This document shows, piece after piece, positions 37,601 through 48,838 of a DNA stretch of 64,000 nt. Each line of letters begins with the position of its first letter. The stretch's first letter is position 1. Source of the DNA: Balanoglossus misakiensis (lineage: Eukaryota; Animalia; Hemichordata); assembly GCA_040954595.2 (NCBI GenBank), contig CM082593.2, positions 5,163,434 through 5,227,433 on the forward strand, read 5' to 3'. The notes beneath the pieces are model-generated. The model searched no databases and was not told the DNA's origin. It saw only the letters and a list, made by a program, of their open reading frames with translations. The position numbers and the translations under genes are program-made.

Positions 37601-40600
37601 GCATCGCAAATTCACACACTGTACATTGAATAGAGTCATCCACTTTCTTGGCTGGAGTGATTTTCACACTTGGCATAATCTGTGAAATATAGGAGATACC
37701 ACACATACATGTAGTTGTTTAGCGAAAAATACAAATCTTATAGACAGTCACAGATGGCTTTTTTTCTTCAAAAAAGATCTAATAATCTACAAAATAAATA
37801 AATATCATTTCTGAGTAATTCAGTAAGTGTTATGTCATGTCACAATGGTGAAAAGTGGAGAGAACACAGTATTCTGCGATGCACTGTGGTGTAATGTCAT
37901 GATATGAGCACCAGTGACTGACAATGAAATACAGAGATAAACGATTATTTCAGACGGTGTGAAAACACTCTAGAAAACCCCTCTATTCCCCACTAAGAAG
38001 AGTCTGCTAGGACTTTCCATCACACAAAAACTGCATAACATACTCGCTGACTACATGCACGACTAAAACAAACACTCTTAGAAACCCTGCATTTGCTTAC
38101 AAGCTTTGGTGTCATGGAGTTTTTCGAGCAAAATCCAATTGCAGTACAGATAACTTGTGGGTCCTGTTGACAAAAATGAAAAAAAAAATTCAGTAAGAAA
38201 ATGAGGAAAAATTGAAATGCAGATATACAAGACAAGTAGTAATTGTTAATTGTTGATGTTACATTCTTGTATACAAGGCATATTAAGTTGGTGAAAAAAC
38301 AGGTATGATTTGTGACTGCCACGTAGTCCCAGTAGGAAAAAAAAATGAAATCCTACAGTGCGAATCTTACCAATTCTGTTACCAGCAGATCCAACAAGAT
38401 CGGCACGTACTGATCTATGTAATCTTTACACTCCTGCTGAAACGGTCCCAGCGATTCACAAAGTTTGTCCAATATCTCGATAATTTCCTCCTAGAAGTAG
38501 AAACATCACACACAGCCATAAAATTTGACCTTACTGATACTTCTCTGTCATGACAAGGATCATCTTTGCTTCAATGCTGTCTTGATCAGGAACGAGGTGA
38601 CTGGAAGCTGGATAACACCAGCATGGAACGTGGTAAACTTTTCCATAAAATACTTGAATAATTTCTGATTGAAATTGTGCATGGTATTTCGAGTTGTATT
38701 ATGCTTAACATATCTTACCTTTGTTTGGTTATCTTGGAGAGCCTGTTTAGCTTCAGCGATGACAAGTTTGCAGTCTGTGCAGAGATCTTGATTGGCACCA
38801 GTCTGTAATGAAACGTCGGGCATGGCACATACATGCATGCGCTCTGAGTCTCTAGTTTTTGCCTTTCATACATTCAAACTACGCCAAATTCCACAACACA
38901 CACAACATAGACAAAACCGCTAGACTTATCTACGTTCTAAGCTGTTGTCCCTGTTTTGTGATAGCTTGTTTCTCTCCTGCATAAAGGGCCCTAGACATCC
39001 CAATCATGTTACCCAACTCTTGCTCACGGTTTTATTCAGTCACATTACTAGAAACAAGCACTTCACAAAGATGGCGACACTACATGTGACACACACTGAT
39101 GTTATGGGGTACATGAAATGCAGAGTGAAATGCATGCAATGTAGAACTCTTTTGATACAACTGCAACCCATCAGGATCACGAAATTGGCTAACCTCCAGC
39201 ATTGGTTTGAGGGCTTGTTTCTTCTGCACACCTGGCTTGCAGAGGCCAATGGCAGTGCACACAGTCTCAGGGTCAAGTTCGCTGATGATCAGGTCGAAGA
39301 GGACTTCAGCATACTCGTTCACAGCTGACAGACACTGTAAAAATAATAACAAGAATAATAGGTTTGACTGTAACAAAACTTTCACTATTACAGTATTTTT
39401 GGGCATGAAGAAATTCTACTTGTTCTTATCACCTTGGTGGAAATCTTAGATAGATGGAATACTTCCAGACTCACCATGTTTTTCAGTTCTTCATCGGGAA
39501 CGAGATCACACGCTGAGCGCAGGAAGCTCATGATCTGTTCTTCTGTGGCATTGTTGGCAATCAGGCTGCGTACAGTCGTGATCACTTCTTTGCAGAAATC
39601 GCACACTTCATCGTTCTGCATACAAAAAAAAGCACATGGCAGATTGTTACCGACTTGATTTCAAACACTGGTTTGCCATACAATCCAGGGTCGAGTACTG
39701 TAATCAACTCCGTTGGAGAAATTCAAGACACGATTTCACAAAAGACATTTTGGTGATGAGTGGGTATAGAGTATTTGACAATGTGGCTATATCTTTTCAC
39801 ATTTAGGATTGTCATCATGAAGGACGTACATTCTGCTTACTGTAACAAGCTGATACACTGGTTGTAATTTCTTACCTCTTTGTTGTATTTTGGAGACCAG
39901 GCGTTGTCTCTGCAGTGTTGGACTGCACCACACTCCTTGGCATTGCCAATGTGCTGACACCAATATGACGGTCCCTGTGTGCATTTGTTCTGACCCAGCA
40001 GGTCAGCTGCACTGGCTGTGAAGATAGAGTGAGTGAGTGAATGAATGAATGAATGACTAAATGAATAAATAAGCAAATGAACACTGCACAGTACGAATCA
40101 ATAAGCAAAGACGTCAATTTCAGGACTACTAAAATTTCAATAATAATCACCAATGTAATAAGACAGGGGATATTTGGAAATGTATTCAATACTTGTAAGA
40201 CAAAATTCTTTTTTATTTAATATAAGCAGTAGGGATAGGCCATGCTGTGTGTGTCCTTGTGCGTTTCACGACATACATGCTGAAGTTGCAAGGCCAGACT
40301 TCTATTTAATTACATTTTATATGTGGTATTTGCGCGGCCCAGCGTGTGAAAAAATGCTGTTCATTCTACAACATCTGAAAAGACTTTCTATTTTGCTTTC
40401 TTTGCTGCGTATCAACAGAACAATGGACACAAATCACATGACCAGCACCACTAGGATGTCATTTTGTATTGGTGCCAAAATACATGTACTCATGGTCCCA
40501 TGACTGTACTAATTTAAATATTCATGATATGCAAATTGTATATACAAGTAGCTGACACAAAGGTACCAGAAGGACCTATTCCTGAACTTGCTACTATGCA

Positions 40601-41916
40601 ACCATCAAACACATGTCATAATAAATTTAACTTCGGCATTTCAAACTTCTGGCATAGATACCTGACAGTTATCAGAATTACTACGCCATCGGCCTGCACA
40701 CACCCCTTGCAAACTGTCAAAACTTCCCCTGTTCATAGTGATTTGCCTTCATGTCAATATTAACAGCACTGTCAGTGTCAGATTCACTATTACCAGCACT
40801 GACTGCATGCTGGTTGCACAGTTATGTTATTTAATCAAGTTATACTTCAGTACATGTACATGTATAGCTGTGTTTGGCAGCCAGGTCATATGATCAATGT
40901 GTCAGGTACAAAGGCTAAAGTATTCTGAGATAAGACGATCAGGCTGAAGATGTCCACACAGGACCAGATAATACATCTGACCTCAAAGCACCCTGGAGGT
41001 CACAGACAGACACACCTCCTAAAATATTTTTGAGGCTCCCCAATCACTGTTGCAAATTTGTTATTGAGAAGTTGTTTAGTGAATACATCATCAAACATGT
41101 GGAAAAAATCAAGGCATTCATAATGAATACATTTCGAAATTTATTGGTAAACATGTTCGTTTCATGTTGGTGAGCTACTTGTACATTTCTGGTCGCCATG
41201 AAACAATCACAGCCAAGGAATCGGTAGGGCTACTATACTGTGACATCACTTTTGAACACAAAAGTTTCGGTTGCACACAGGATGTAGGATGTATTATATT
41301 TTATTGCAGCTGAACAAAGACAAAACAAATTTGAATATCGACTGTTGCTCTGTTCATTTATACGCGTCAATCGTTTCAACACAATGCCAGCTGACATCGT
41401 CGACTCGGGCTGCGTCCGGGTAACAACATTCTTTGCCGCAATTTAAACGAACACAATTTTTGAAGTTCCGCCTCCGCTCATGACATGTTGGGATCCCGAG
41501 GATATTAATCACCAAAAGATCCCACCATGTTTTAGAGACGATCACAAAGGAAGTTGATAAAAAACACATCCTGCAATGTCGTCGTTTCATTTGTAATAAA
41601 CATCACACATTTAATGTAACTTTCATCTTGTCTGCAGTTTGTAATTTATTTGCCTTGTCTTTCAAATAAATTGTTTACCACGGCATTATTTTTATTTACT
41701 ATTCGTGCTCCTGGTTAACAGTGGTTAGCAAAGCTGGTAATGCATGTTAAAAATACAGCGCTTGCGAGAACATTTCATGTGTAATTTGAAAGGAGTTCTG
41801 TCCACCGTGCGCACTTCGCTCATGGAGAGCCCCGTTTTTAACCTTTCAACTTTACTTGTAAACAAATAACACTACTCACCTGCCGCCAAGAAAGTGAACA
41901 AAATTAACACCTTCAT
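34610..41916 (-). CDS. PSAP: Prosaposin with N- and C-terminal SapA domains and six SapB domains
   Basis: Signal exon 41916-41880 (MKVLILFTFLAA); SapA 40015-39876 (CTQGPSYWC). SapB domains begin CDFCKEV (39615), CTDCKLV (38802), CTVCEFA (37679), CDLCKLV (~37138), CVLCEFV (~36390) and CDLCKLA (~35718). C-terminal SapA 35023-34922 (CSMGPAFWC); last exon 34642-34610 (AVQHCKLHVW*). Confidence 0.93.
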
Positions 41917-41998
41917 TGTTTTTATAATTATGTCTCCGTTATATTCACAGACCCTCTGCCACAATCAGCGTTGCGTCTCTGGTGCCAATGATGGTCGC

Positions 41999-42008
41999 GT
42001 CACGTGCC
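41999..42008. promoter_or_regulatory. CLEAR-like E-box in the PSAP promoter
   Basis: GTCACGTGCC, a 9/10 match to GTCACGTGAC, about 85 bp upstream of the PSAP ATG. PSAP is a known TFEB/CLEAR lysosomal gene in mammals. Confidence 0.55.
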
Positions 42009-43018
42009 TTTCGTATTTACGAAGCTGTGCCCATCTGAAACTTTGTAAATAAAGTAATGCTATTGGATCAAATGTCTATAGGCGTGGCAATGTTGTACAT
42101 TTCAACCAATCAAATTCTTTTTTATTAAACCGGTGGATATCGAGCAGTAGATTAGTCACCTGATCGAATGACCTTCAAGTCTGTTGATCGGATCCCGAGT
42201 AAAGCGTGAACAGCCGAATTTCATGATCATGTTAAAGAAACGTTACGAAAACAAATACAAGAGCAAACAAATCAAACAACCATCCATTTTAATGTCAAAC
42301 TCGTTATGCATATCGTCTTGCAAGGATAATATAACTTGTAAGGTCAAAGGTTAAAGGTGAACATGTATATAAGCATGTTGTGTGTTATTATTAGCCCTGC
42401 AGCTGCAGGCCGGTAAAATATTAACTTTACTTTGGGTTTGGCTTTGTTGAACTTTACGACGGCATGCGTTTGTGCACATTTGCTTTCGAGAACGGTGGAG
42501 AATTACTTGTGTAGTGTAAAAGGTAAGAAATACATCAGTTTGACTTGCAAATAGTCAGGCACATACATGTATGTAATGGTACACAGTGACATTGATACAG
42601 ACATATACACTGTCACACTCATAGGACCATGCTCAAATCATTGACAAAAAAACTCAAACCAACCAGTGCAATGACCCTAGCTGGATCACTGGGTGATTTC
42701 GAGTTTGTTGATTTGGGAGTCTGTGAACAGTGATGGAGGGACTGCACCAGTATAGATGGCTTTAAGTTCTGAGTACAGTCTGTTCCAGTTTGTAAATATT
42801 TCTAATCAGACAGGTCTCACTCTTTCAGTGTAATCATGAACTGTGAACAGTTTCACAGACATCCTCTTGTAAAGACACACTCACACTGCAATCCTACCAT
42901 TGATAGCCATGCTCACCATCTCTGTAATAATGCAAAATCACAGATACATTGTGGAAAGAATAAAAAAAATGTACACATTTCTTGCAGGGTGAGAAGTCAG
43001 TAAGACCCCAGAAGCATC

Positions 43019-44480
43019 ATGGGATGGGTAATGACCAGTGCAGCAGTGGCTGCCGTGACTGGTGTTATCATTGCCAATTTGAATTTCTGGATGCCCGCAG
43101 AAAAGGCAACGTTGAAGTATCTCTCTGACACCAACTTGCAAATCATCAACAAGGACTTCGACAGGTACAGCCATCATTTTGACTTCCTTGGCAAAGGGCG
43201 GAAGACGTTCAGAGCCAGCGAGATGTGGAAGGAGTCGGGGGCCGTCGTCTTGGTTGTCCGGAGACCCGGATGATCCTTGTGCAGAGAGGTGAGGAGCAAT
43301 GGCATCAACAGGGAAGAGGGGGGATATGCCCCCATTTGCCAGGATATTTGGGGGGGGGTTCCACTCTGGCAAGGGGGAATGTGATATCTCCCCACCTACA
43401 ATATATATGAAACACTGGAGAAGCAATGTAGTGATCTGTGCCGTGCTCTTGATCATACTGGTAATGATTGTTAATCCTGAGCAAATGTTACATTTGATAT
43501 GCACCCAAGCCTAAAAGTCTTAGCTTCCTTCTGAAGCCAACAGAGAATTGCTGCCTGTCATATTCATATCTTGAGGTTTAGTACTACAGTTTAATTTGTC
43601 TTCAACCGTCACTTTTGCAGGAAGCCATTGAGCTGTCCTCTCTGAAAGGAGAATTCCATGTAGGCTCTGTACCTGTGCCAATCTTTGCCGTGGTACATGA
43701 GACTCTTGGAGTTGAAGAGTTTAAGCAGTACTTTGATGGATCAATTTTTCTAGACAAAGAGGTAAGTGTACCAACCTGATGACTGGTTTGAATTATATAC
43801 AGCCAAATCCAGCCCCCGATCTAACCAACATGTAATTCTTACTGACTTAGTACTCAAGTGTTTTTCCAGCAGTGAAGGCCTCATGGTGAAGTACAGTGTC
43901 TTCACTTGTTAATAATTCTTTATATGGGATTTCTGGTCACAAGTTATTTTAGTGATATGCAGGTGGACTAGATGACTGAATAATTTTTTTCCCTGAATTT
44001 TTCCAGCGACGTTTCTATGGTCCAAAGGAACGTTGGATGTTTTTGTCAGGTTTCCTGCGGCCGACAATGTGGTTGTCGATAATAAGAAATTACAGGAGAG
44101 AGATCCAAGGAAATTTAGAAGGTGAGAAAGAAATGTTTTACATATCGTATGTTATCCCCCCAGTTCATCAATTCTCAGATCATTGATTGTCAGCTGTAAT
44201 CAAGGGAAATGACCAAAATTATGAGAAAACTGGTTTTTTCTTTTAAGTATGTTTGTCTGTATGTGAAGTACATCTTGGAAATGCCAATAGTGCAATGCAT
44301 ATTTGTTTTTGCTTCTTAGGTGAGGGTCGTCTGCTCGGTGGAGTGTTTGTAGTTGGTGCTGGAGACCAAGGAGTTCTGTATGAGCACAGGAATGCTGATT
44401 TTGCCGACCAGGCCAACTGGGATGAAGTCGTCAACGCAGTTCAACTTATCCAGCCTACAATTCCCTACGAGCCATATTAA
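43019..44480 (+). CDS. PRXL2A: Selenoprotein U / peroxiredoxin-like 2A (FAM213A) with UxxC motif
   Basis: Exons 43019-43288 (...GAVVLVVRRPG-U(TGA 43271-43273)-SLCRE), 43621-43761 (EAIELSSLK...FDGSIFLDKE), 44007-44121 (RRFYGP...GNLEG), 44320-44480 (EGRLLGGVFVVG...EHR). SECIS in the 3' UTR. A probable non-coding first exon ends at about 42522. Confidence 0.93.
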
Positions 44481-44701
44481 TAGTCGAAGAAGCAGTGTGG
44501 TGTGGTACTAAAGGATACCAGAATTGTTCTGTGGTACATTTCCGGGACTACCAAGTACATGTTATATTGTTTGGTACCTCTTCAACCTTCTCGTAGAGTA
44601 AAGCTACTTCTCAAAGTAACCAGTTTGAGCTTCACCTTTTCTTGGAAGTTTTCACCTCATTCAGTGCAGAGTTTCTGCAAGAACTGTCCCAGTTGTGAGT
44701 C

Positions 44702-44770
44702 CATGTCTTTATGATGGAATAGACTGAAAGGTATTGTTTACTGTGGTCTAGTCTTGATACCTACGACATG
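44702..44770 (+). promoter_or_regulatory. SECIS element (type II) in the SelU 3' UTR
   Basis: CATGTC ttt ATGA TGGAATAGACTG AAA GGTATTGTTTACT G TGGTCTAGTCT TGAT acctac GACATG. Helix I CATGTC/GACATG is perfect; quartet at 44711/44755; AAA at 44727; GGTA/TACT mini-stem. Confidence 0.9.
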
Positions 44771-45550
44771 TCTTTTCGCTGTTCGGATCACAGTTCTCGC
44801 TGAAAGCTTTTTTGCTCCTAATGAGATGAAAGCTTCTCTATGGAAGGTGCTTAATGAGTCTCTGGCAAAGCAGCTGAAATTTAAGTGACTGTAATGAGTA
44901 GCTTTTGTAGTTTTTGATTTTTTTTATGAAGAGAGGGATGTTGTACAAAAACATGATGCAGAGTTGCAAAAAAGAAAGGAATGCAGTGTTCAGTACAGAA
45001 AGATTTCTACTTTTAGACAGGTTTCACTGCACCATGGCTTTTTGTTGTCACAGACACTCAAACCATGTGTGCAAGGTGAAGGAAAACCTAAAAAAAAACA
45101 GTTGGGACAAATACACTTCTGAGTGTTTATTTCCTTCATAAAGTACACCATAGACATCAATCAATGTTATTGACACGTTTTTATTAAACTTGTCACATGT
45201 AACATAAATCTTGCAGTACATTCATTCATGACTTTCGTACTTTGTTCCAAATGCCAACAAATGTGCCGTTTCGGACTCCAATCTGACAACATATCTTACT
45301 ACATTTCTTGGCAGCGCAATCACAGGATTTTGCAGTATTTTTCTGCATCCTAGTCAATGATGGTAATGTCTAGTTTTCTGTACAAGAGGACAGTCTCCGT
45401 GTCTTTTTATCTACTTTTTGCCAAGTGTGTAGACACGTAAACAAAGGGCATCTGAAAATGTGTACAGCTGATCGTATCCGCACATTGGCTGCAAGGGATC
45501 GTACGAGCGTTGGTTTGTAACAGTTCTATTCAATCACTCATTTTCCGTCT

Positions 45551-48500
45551 TCAAGTCATCTGAGAGTCCATTGCTTGGGCGGACCAGTCTGGAGCGACTT
45601 GGATGATCTTCTCCAAGATCTTGTTGACTTGGAAACACAGGCTCTGGATCTGTTTGTCCCAGTTTGGTAGAGTCTCCCGACCTGCAAACAAAAGCGAAAT
45701 TCTGATCAGGAATACAGAAGATACCAAATCCTTTCTTAAACTCATTTAGTTCTTTGCAGTGTATTTATACACACAGAAGGATAAACTTACCTTCAAAATG
45801 TACAATGCTATCTATCTGATCTATGCATCCATTCATTCTTCCCTCTGAAATCATCTGTGATGCTATCTTTTCAGCCTGGCTCAGAAAAAAAATAAACACT
45901 GATATTAGCATGGCAGAGTTTTCACTTAATACTACTACTTTTAAAAAGTCAAATAATCGAGAAAAAAGATGAAAAGAAACTACTTGGCAAAAGCAAATAT
46001 CAGACTTGTACCTTAGCTGGGGGTATTTCGAGCAGTGAACCCAACTCTTCAAATGTAATGTTGTTGTAGAGTTTACTTGCTGATAACAGATTATGCTCTA
46101 TGACTGCTCGGTCTAAAATTGTAGAACCTGCAGGAAAGAAAAATATGTTGTACAACCTATAAACCTTGTGTTAACTACAGCATCTAGATACAAGTCAAAC
46201 CATACTGTGACTAAACTAGTATTGACAGTTTTAAAAACCGAAGAAATCATAACAAGAGACAATGTATGCATGTGAAGATGGAAGTACACGTACTGTACTC
46301 ACCATCAGCAGTGGTTGCTAGTTGATGTGACTGTAAAGTTGCTGCAAATTCCTTCAACTGATAGCTTCTGATAATGCGATCCAGGTACATTTTCTCTAAG
46401 ATTCCATGGGCTGGTAGTTGTTGACATCTTTCATCTTTGAAAAGGGTGGCCAGCATACGTGACCTTTGTTGACCTGGGTTTCAAAGATTGAGAATGTTGT
46501 TTTTATATACAAGTGTCTAGAAATATGTACTTTCATCACTGATTTTGTCCATCAAACAGGATAAGAGCTATTATATTCTTTCCCCATTTGCATTGGCTAG
46601 TTTTGGGAAGAGTTGACACAACATATTTGAGCCAGAAAAGCATATACCTGCTGATGCCAATATTGTGCAATGGAGGGCGTGTTTCAAAGCTTGCATTCTC
46701 TCCTCCTCCGCAATGATGGTCCTGTACGACAACTCATTGTACCTCTGAGCTGCTTCAATGAACTTCCTGCGGTAGTCCAGCACCCTGGCGTAGCAAACCT
46801 GTTGTTAGCAAGAAAACAAACTGAGGTGTCAGTGTATTCCATGGGAAAATTGTTAATTTTTCAACAGGGAAAAATGCAATGGGGAAAAATGTCAATATGG
46901 GGGAAAATTCATGCACGGTTCATAGGTCATCAGGGGTCAGGGACTGGGTGGAAAGGTCAACAGGCAAACTTTGTACACTGCATGTGTGCCAAACCATTTC
47001 TAATTCTATGCCTATAGAGCCACTTTTGAATTTCTTACTTTATAATGGATATGTAATTGTTCATTGGTGGAGTCTGCTTGGAGTAGAGATGCTCTGTTGA
47101 TATACGCCTCAGCTTGTACAGGATCTTCGTCTTCTAAGTACAGCCTAGCTATCTTCAGGTAAGTCTCTAGTTTGTAGTCTACAGAATACTGTCTGTAGGG
47201 GAAGAAGAAAAAAGTTAAATGTATATGAAGAAACGAAAACAGACAAGGCAGCAAAGCATATCTCATACTTCAGAGAGTTTCTTTGCTTGGAAATTTGTTG
47301 TAGTGTTTTGTCAATAACCCTTTGTTGTCTGCAAAGATTCTACTGTCTTCAGCGACAAATTATGGAGTGTCTTACTCTACTTACTTTTGTCCAGTTTCTA
47401 GAGGGATTCCAACCAGCACATTGGCAGCATCTCTCCATCTCTGTTCTCTTTCATAGATCTCTGCTAGATGCTGCCTCACTGATGCAACCTACAAAAGAAT
47501 CAATTGTAACATTTTTTCTAAGTTAGTTATTTACATCTTTTTAATACATTTATAACTTGCATCTTTTTAATACATGTATAACATAATGGCAGGTGAAAAT
47601 AAAAGAAACGGACATAATTATTGGAGACACATCATACATATTTTCACCGGAGATTGGTATTTTGGCAGGGAAATGGACGTACTTGTTCTTCAAATGAAAT
47701 CACCCTCGGCTGCACTTTGTCCAATGTAAAGTGAGACACTTCTTTGGAGATGTCATCAGGTAACTTGGCTAGATGGTTGCAACAATCAGTCAGGATCTGT
47801 CTTGAGATGACCAGGCTGACGTTCTCATTCACCACTGCGAGGAATGAGGAAAGTCTGTAATTTCTGAGACATGTGATGTGCCTTATCTCTCATGTGTATA
47901 TAGTGCCAACTATATTGCAACACTCATTTAATGCAAGGAAACAAACCCTTGTAACTTTCAGTCCCATTTCTGGTGCAAGAAATACTTGGTATGAGTGGTT
48001 TTATCATGACACATTCTTAGTTTACAAAGTACATACTTGCTTCAACAAATGACTTCAGTCCTGAAATCAGTTCCTTCCCTGTCTTTTTGAGGATAGTATC
48101 CAAAATTTTACGGTACCTGAAGGAGATAATAGTTGCACAGAAATGAACAACATGAATGGTATGTTGTAAACATGTACAATGTAGTATGCATTTTTAGATG
48201 CACGCGCATTTCTGCAATGTTTGGGTTGAACAAATACATACACAATTCCAAGGCATTTTTCATATGCGAATGATTGACTGTGACCTTGTGATCGTGCCCT
48301 ACAAAAAATAAATAAACTCAGGATATGTTTGATTTCACTCCTCCCTGTCCCGATGAACATATCCGGGATTGCATGCAGGGTCACTCGTCCAGCATGTCCG
48401 ATTACCGATTCATCATGAAAAATATTGACGTTCAAAGTCTTCGTGAAAAGAAGTGTACTCGAAACATCGGTGCGCTCATGGTAAATCAATCGGGCGTGCA

Positions 48501-48582
48501 AAATAACTCACTTGTCGGCTACATCTTTGTGTGAGCCTCCTGAAGAAGCAAGAGCAGAAAGTTGCTGCTTGATGTCAGCCAT
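45551..48582 (-). CDS. COPS4: COP9 signalosome subunit 4
   Basis: Ten exons: 48582-48512, 48116-48037, 47834-47683, 47488-47385, 47192-47039, 46798-46648, 46473-46303, 46127-46012, 45875-45791, 45681-45551. Highly conserved CSN4 peptides ([48 protein letters not shown]). Confidence 0.97.
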
Positions 48583-48822
48583 TTTGTTTTGTGGCCTCGT
48601 ATGGAATTGCGATAATACTCCTTATAATAAATAGTTTATTTTAAACAAAATCAACGTTTTCTTTATAACTTAAGTTTATTTACAATTAAGTTTATGTTTT
48701 TATTTATACGTACAAACAAAAACACATGACATACTTGTTTTCACGTGAGAAAATATATTGACTATAGTTCGAGGCTGATTACTTCGCGGATTTTTCTTGT
48801 GTATTATGGGATGGTAATGGTG

Positions 48823-48838
48823 GGCGCGTGATTTTGAA
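48823..48838 (+). promoter_or_regulatory. CDE/CHR cell-cycle element in the COPS4-LIN54 bidirectional promoter
   Basis: GGCGCG-TGAT-TTTGAA: a GC element, a 4-nt spacer and the exact CHR consensus TTTGAA, just upstream of the putative LIN54 first exon (donor GG|GTGAGT at 48981). Confidence 0.6.

Noticed and set aside
38164-38370. Search for a PSAP micro-exon equivalent to the vertebrate 9-nt QDQ exon
   Set aside because: The intron position looks equivalent, but no in-frame AG-(3n)-GT micro-exon was found by eye.
43306-43395. G/C-rich imperfect hairpin in the SelU intron right after the Sec exon
   Set aside because: Intronic and low-complexity, likely a repeat remnant; it cannot act on mature mRNA recoding.
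44821-44910. Possible second SECIS in the SelU 3' UTR (several ATGA...AAA motifs)
   Set aside because: No convincing helix II or closing GA quartet could be paired.
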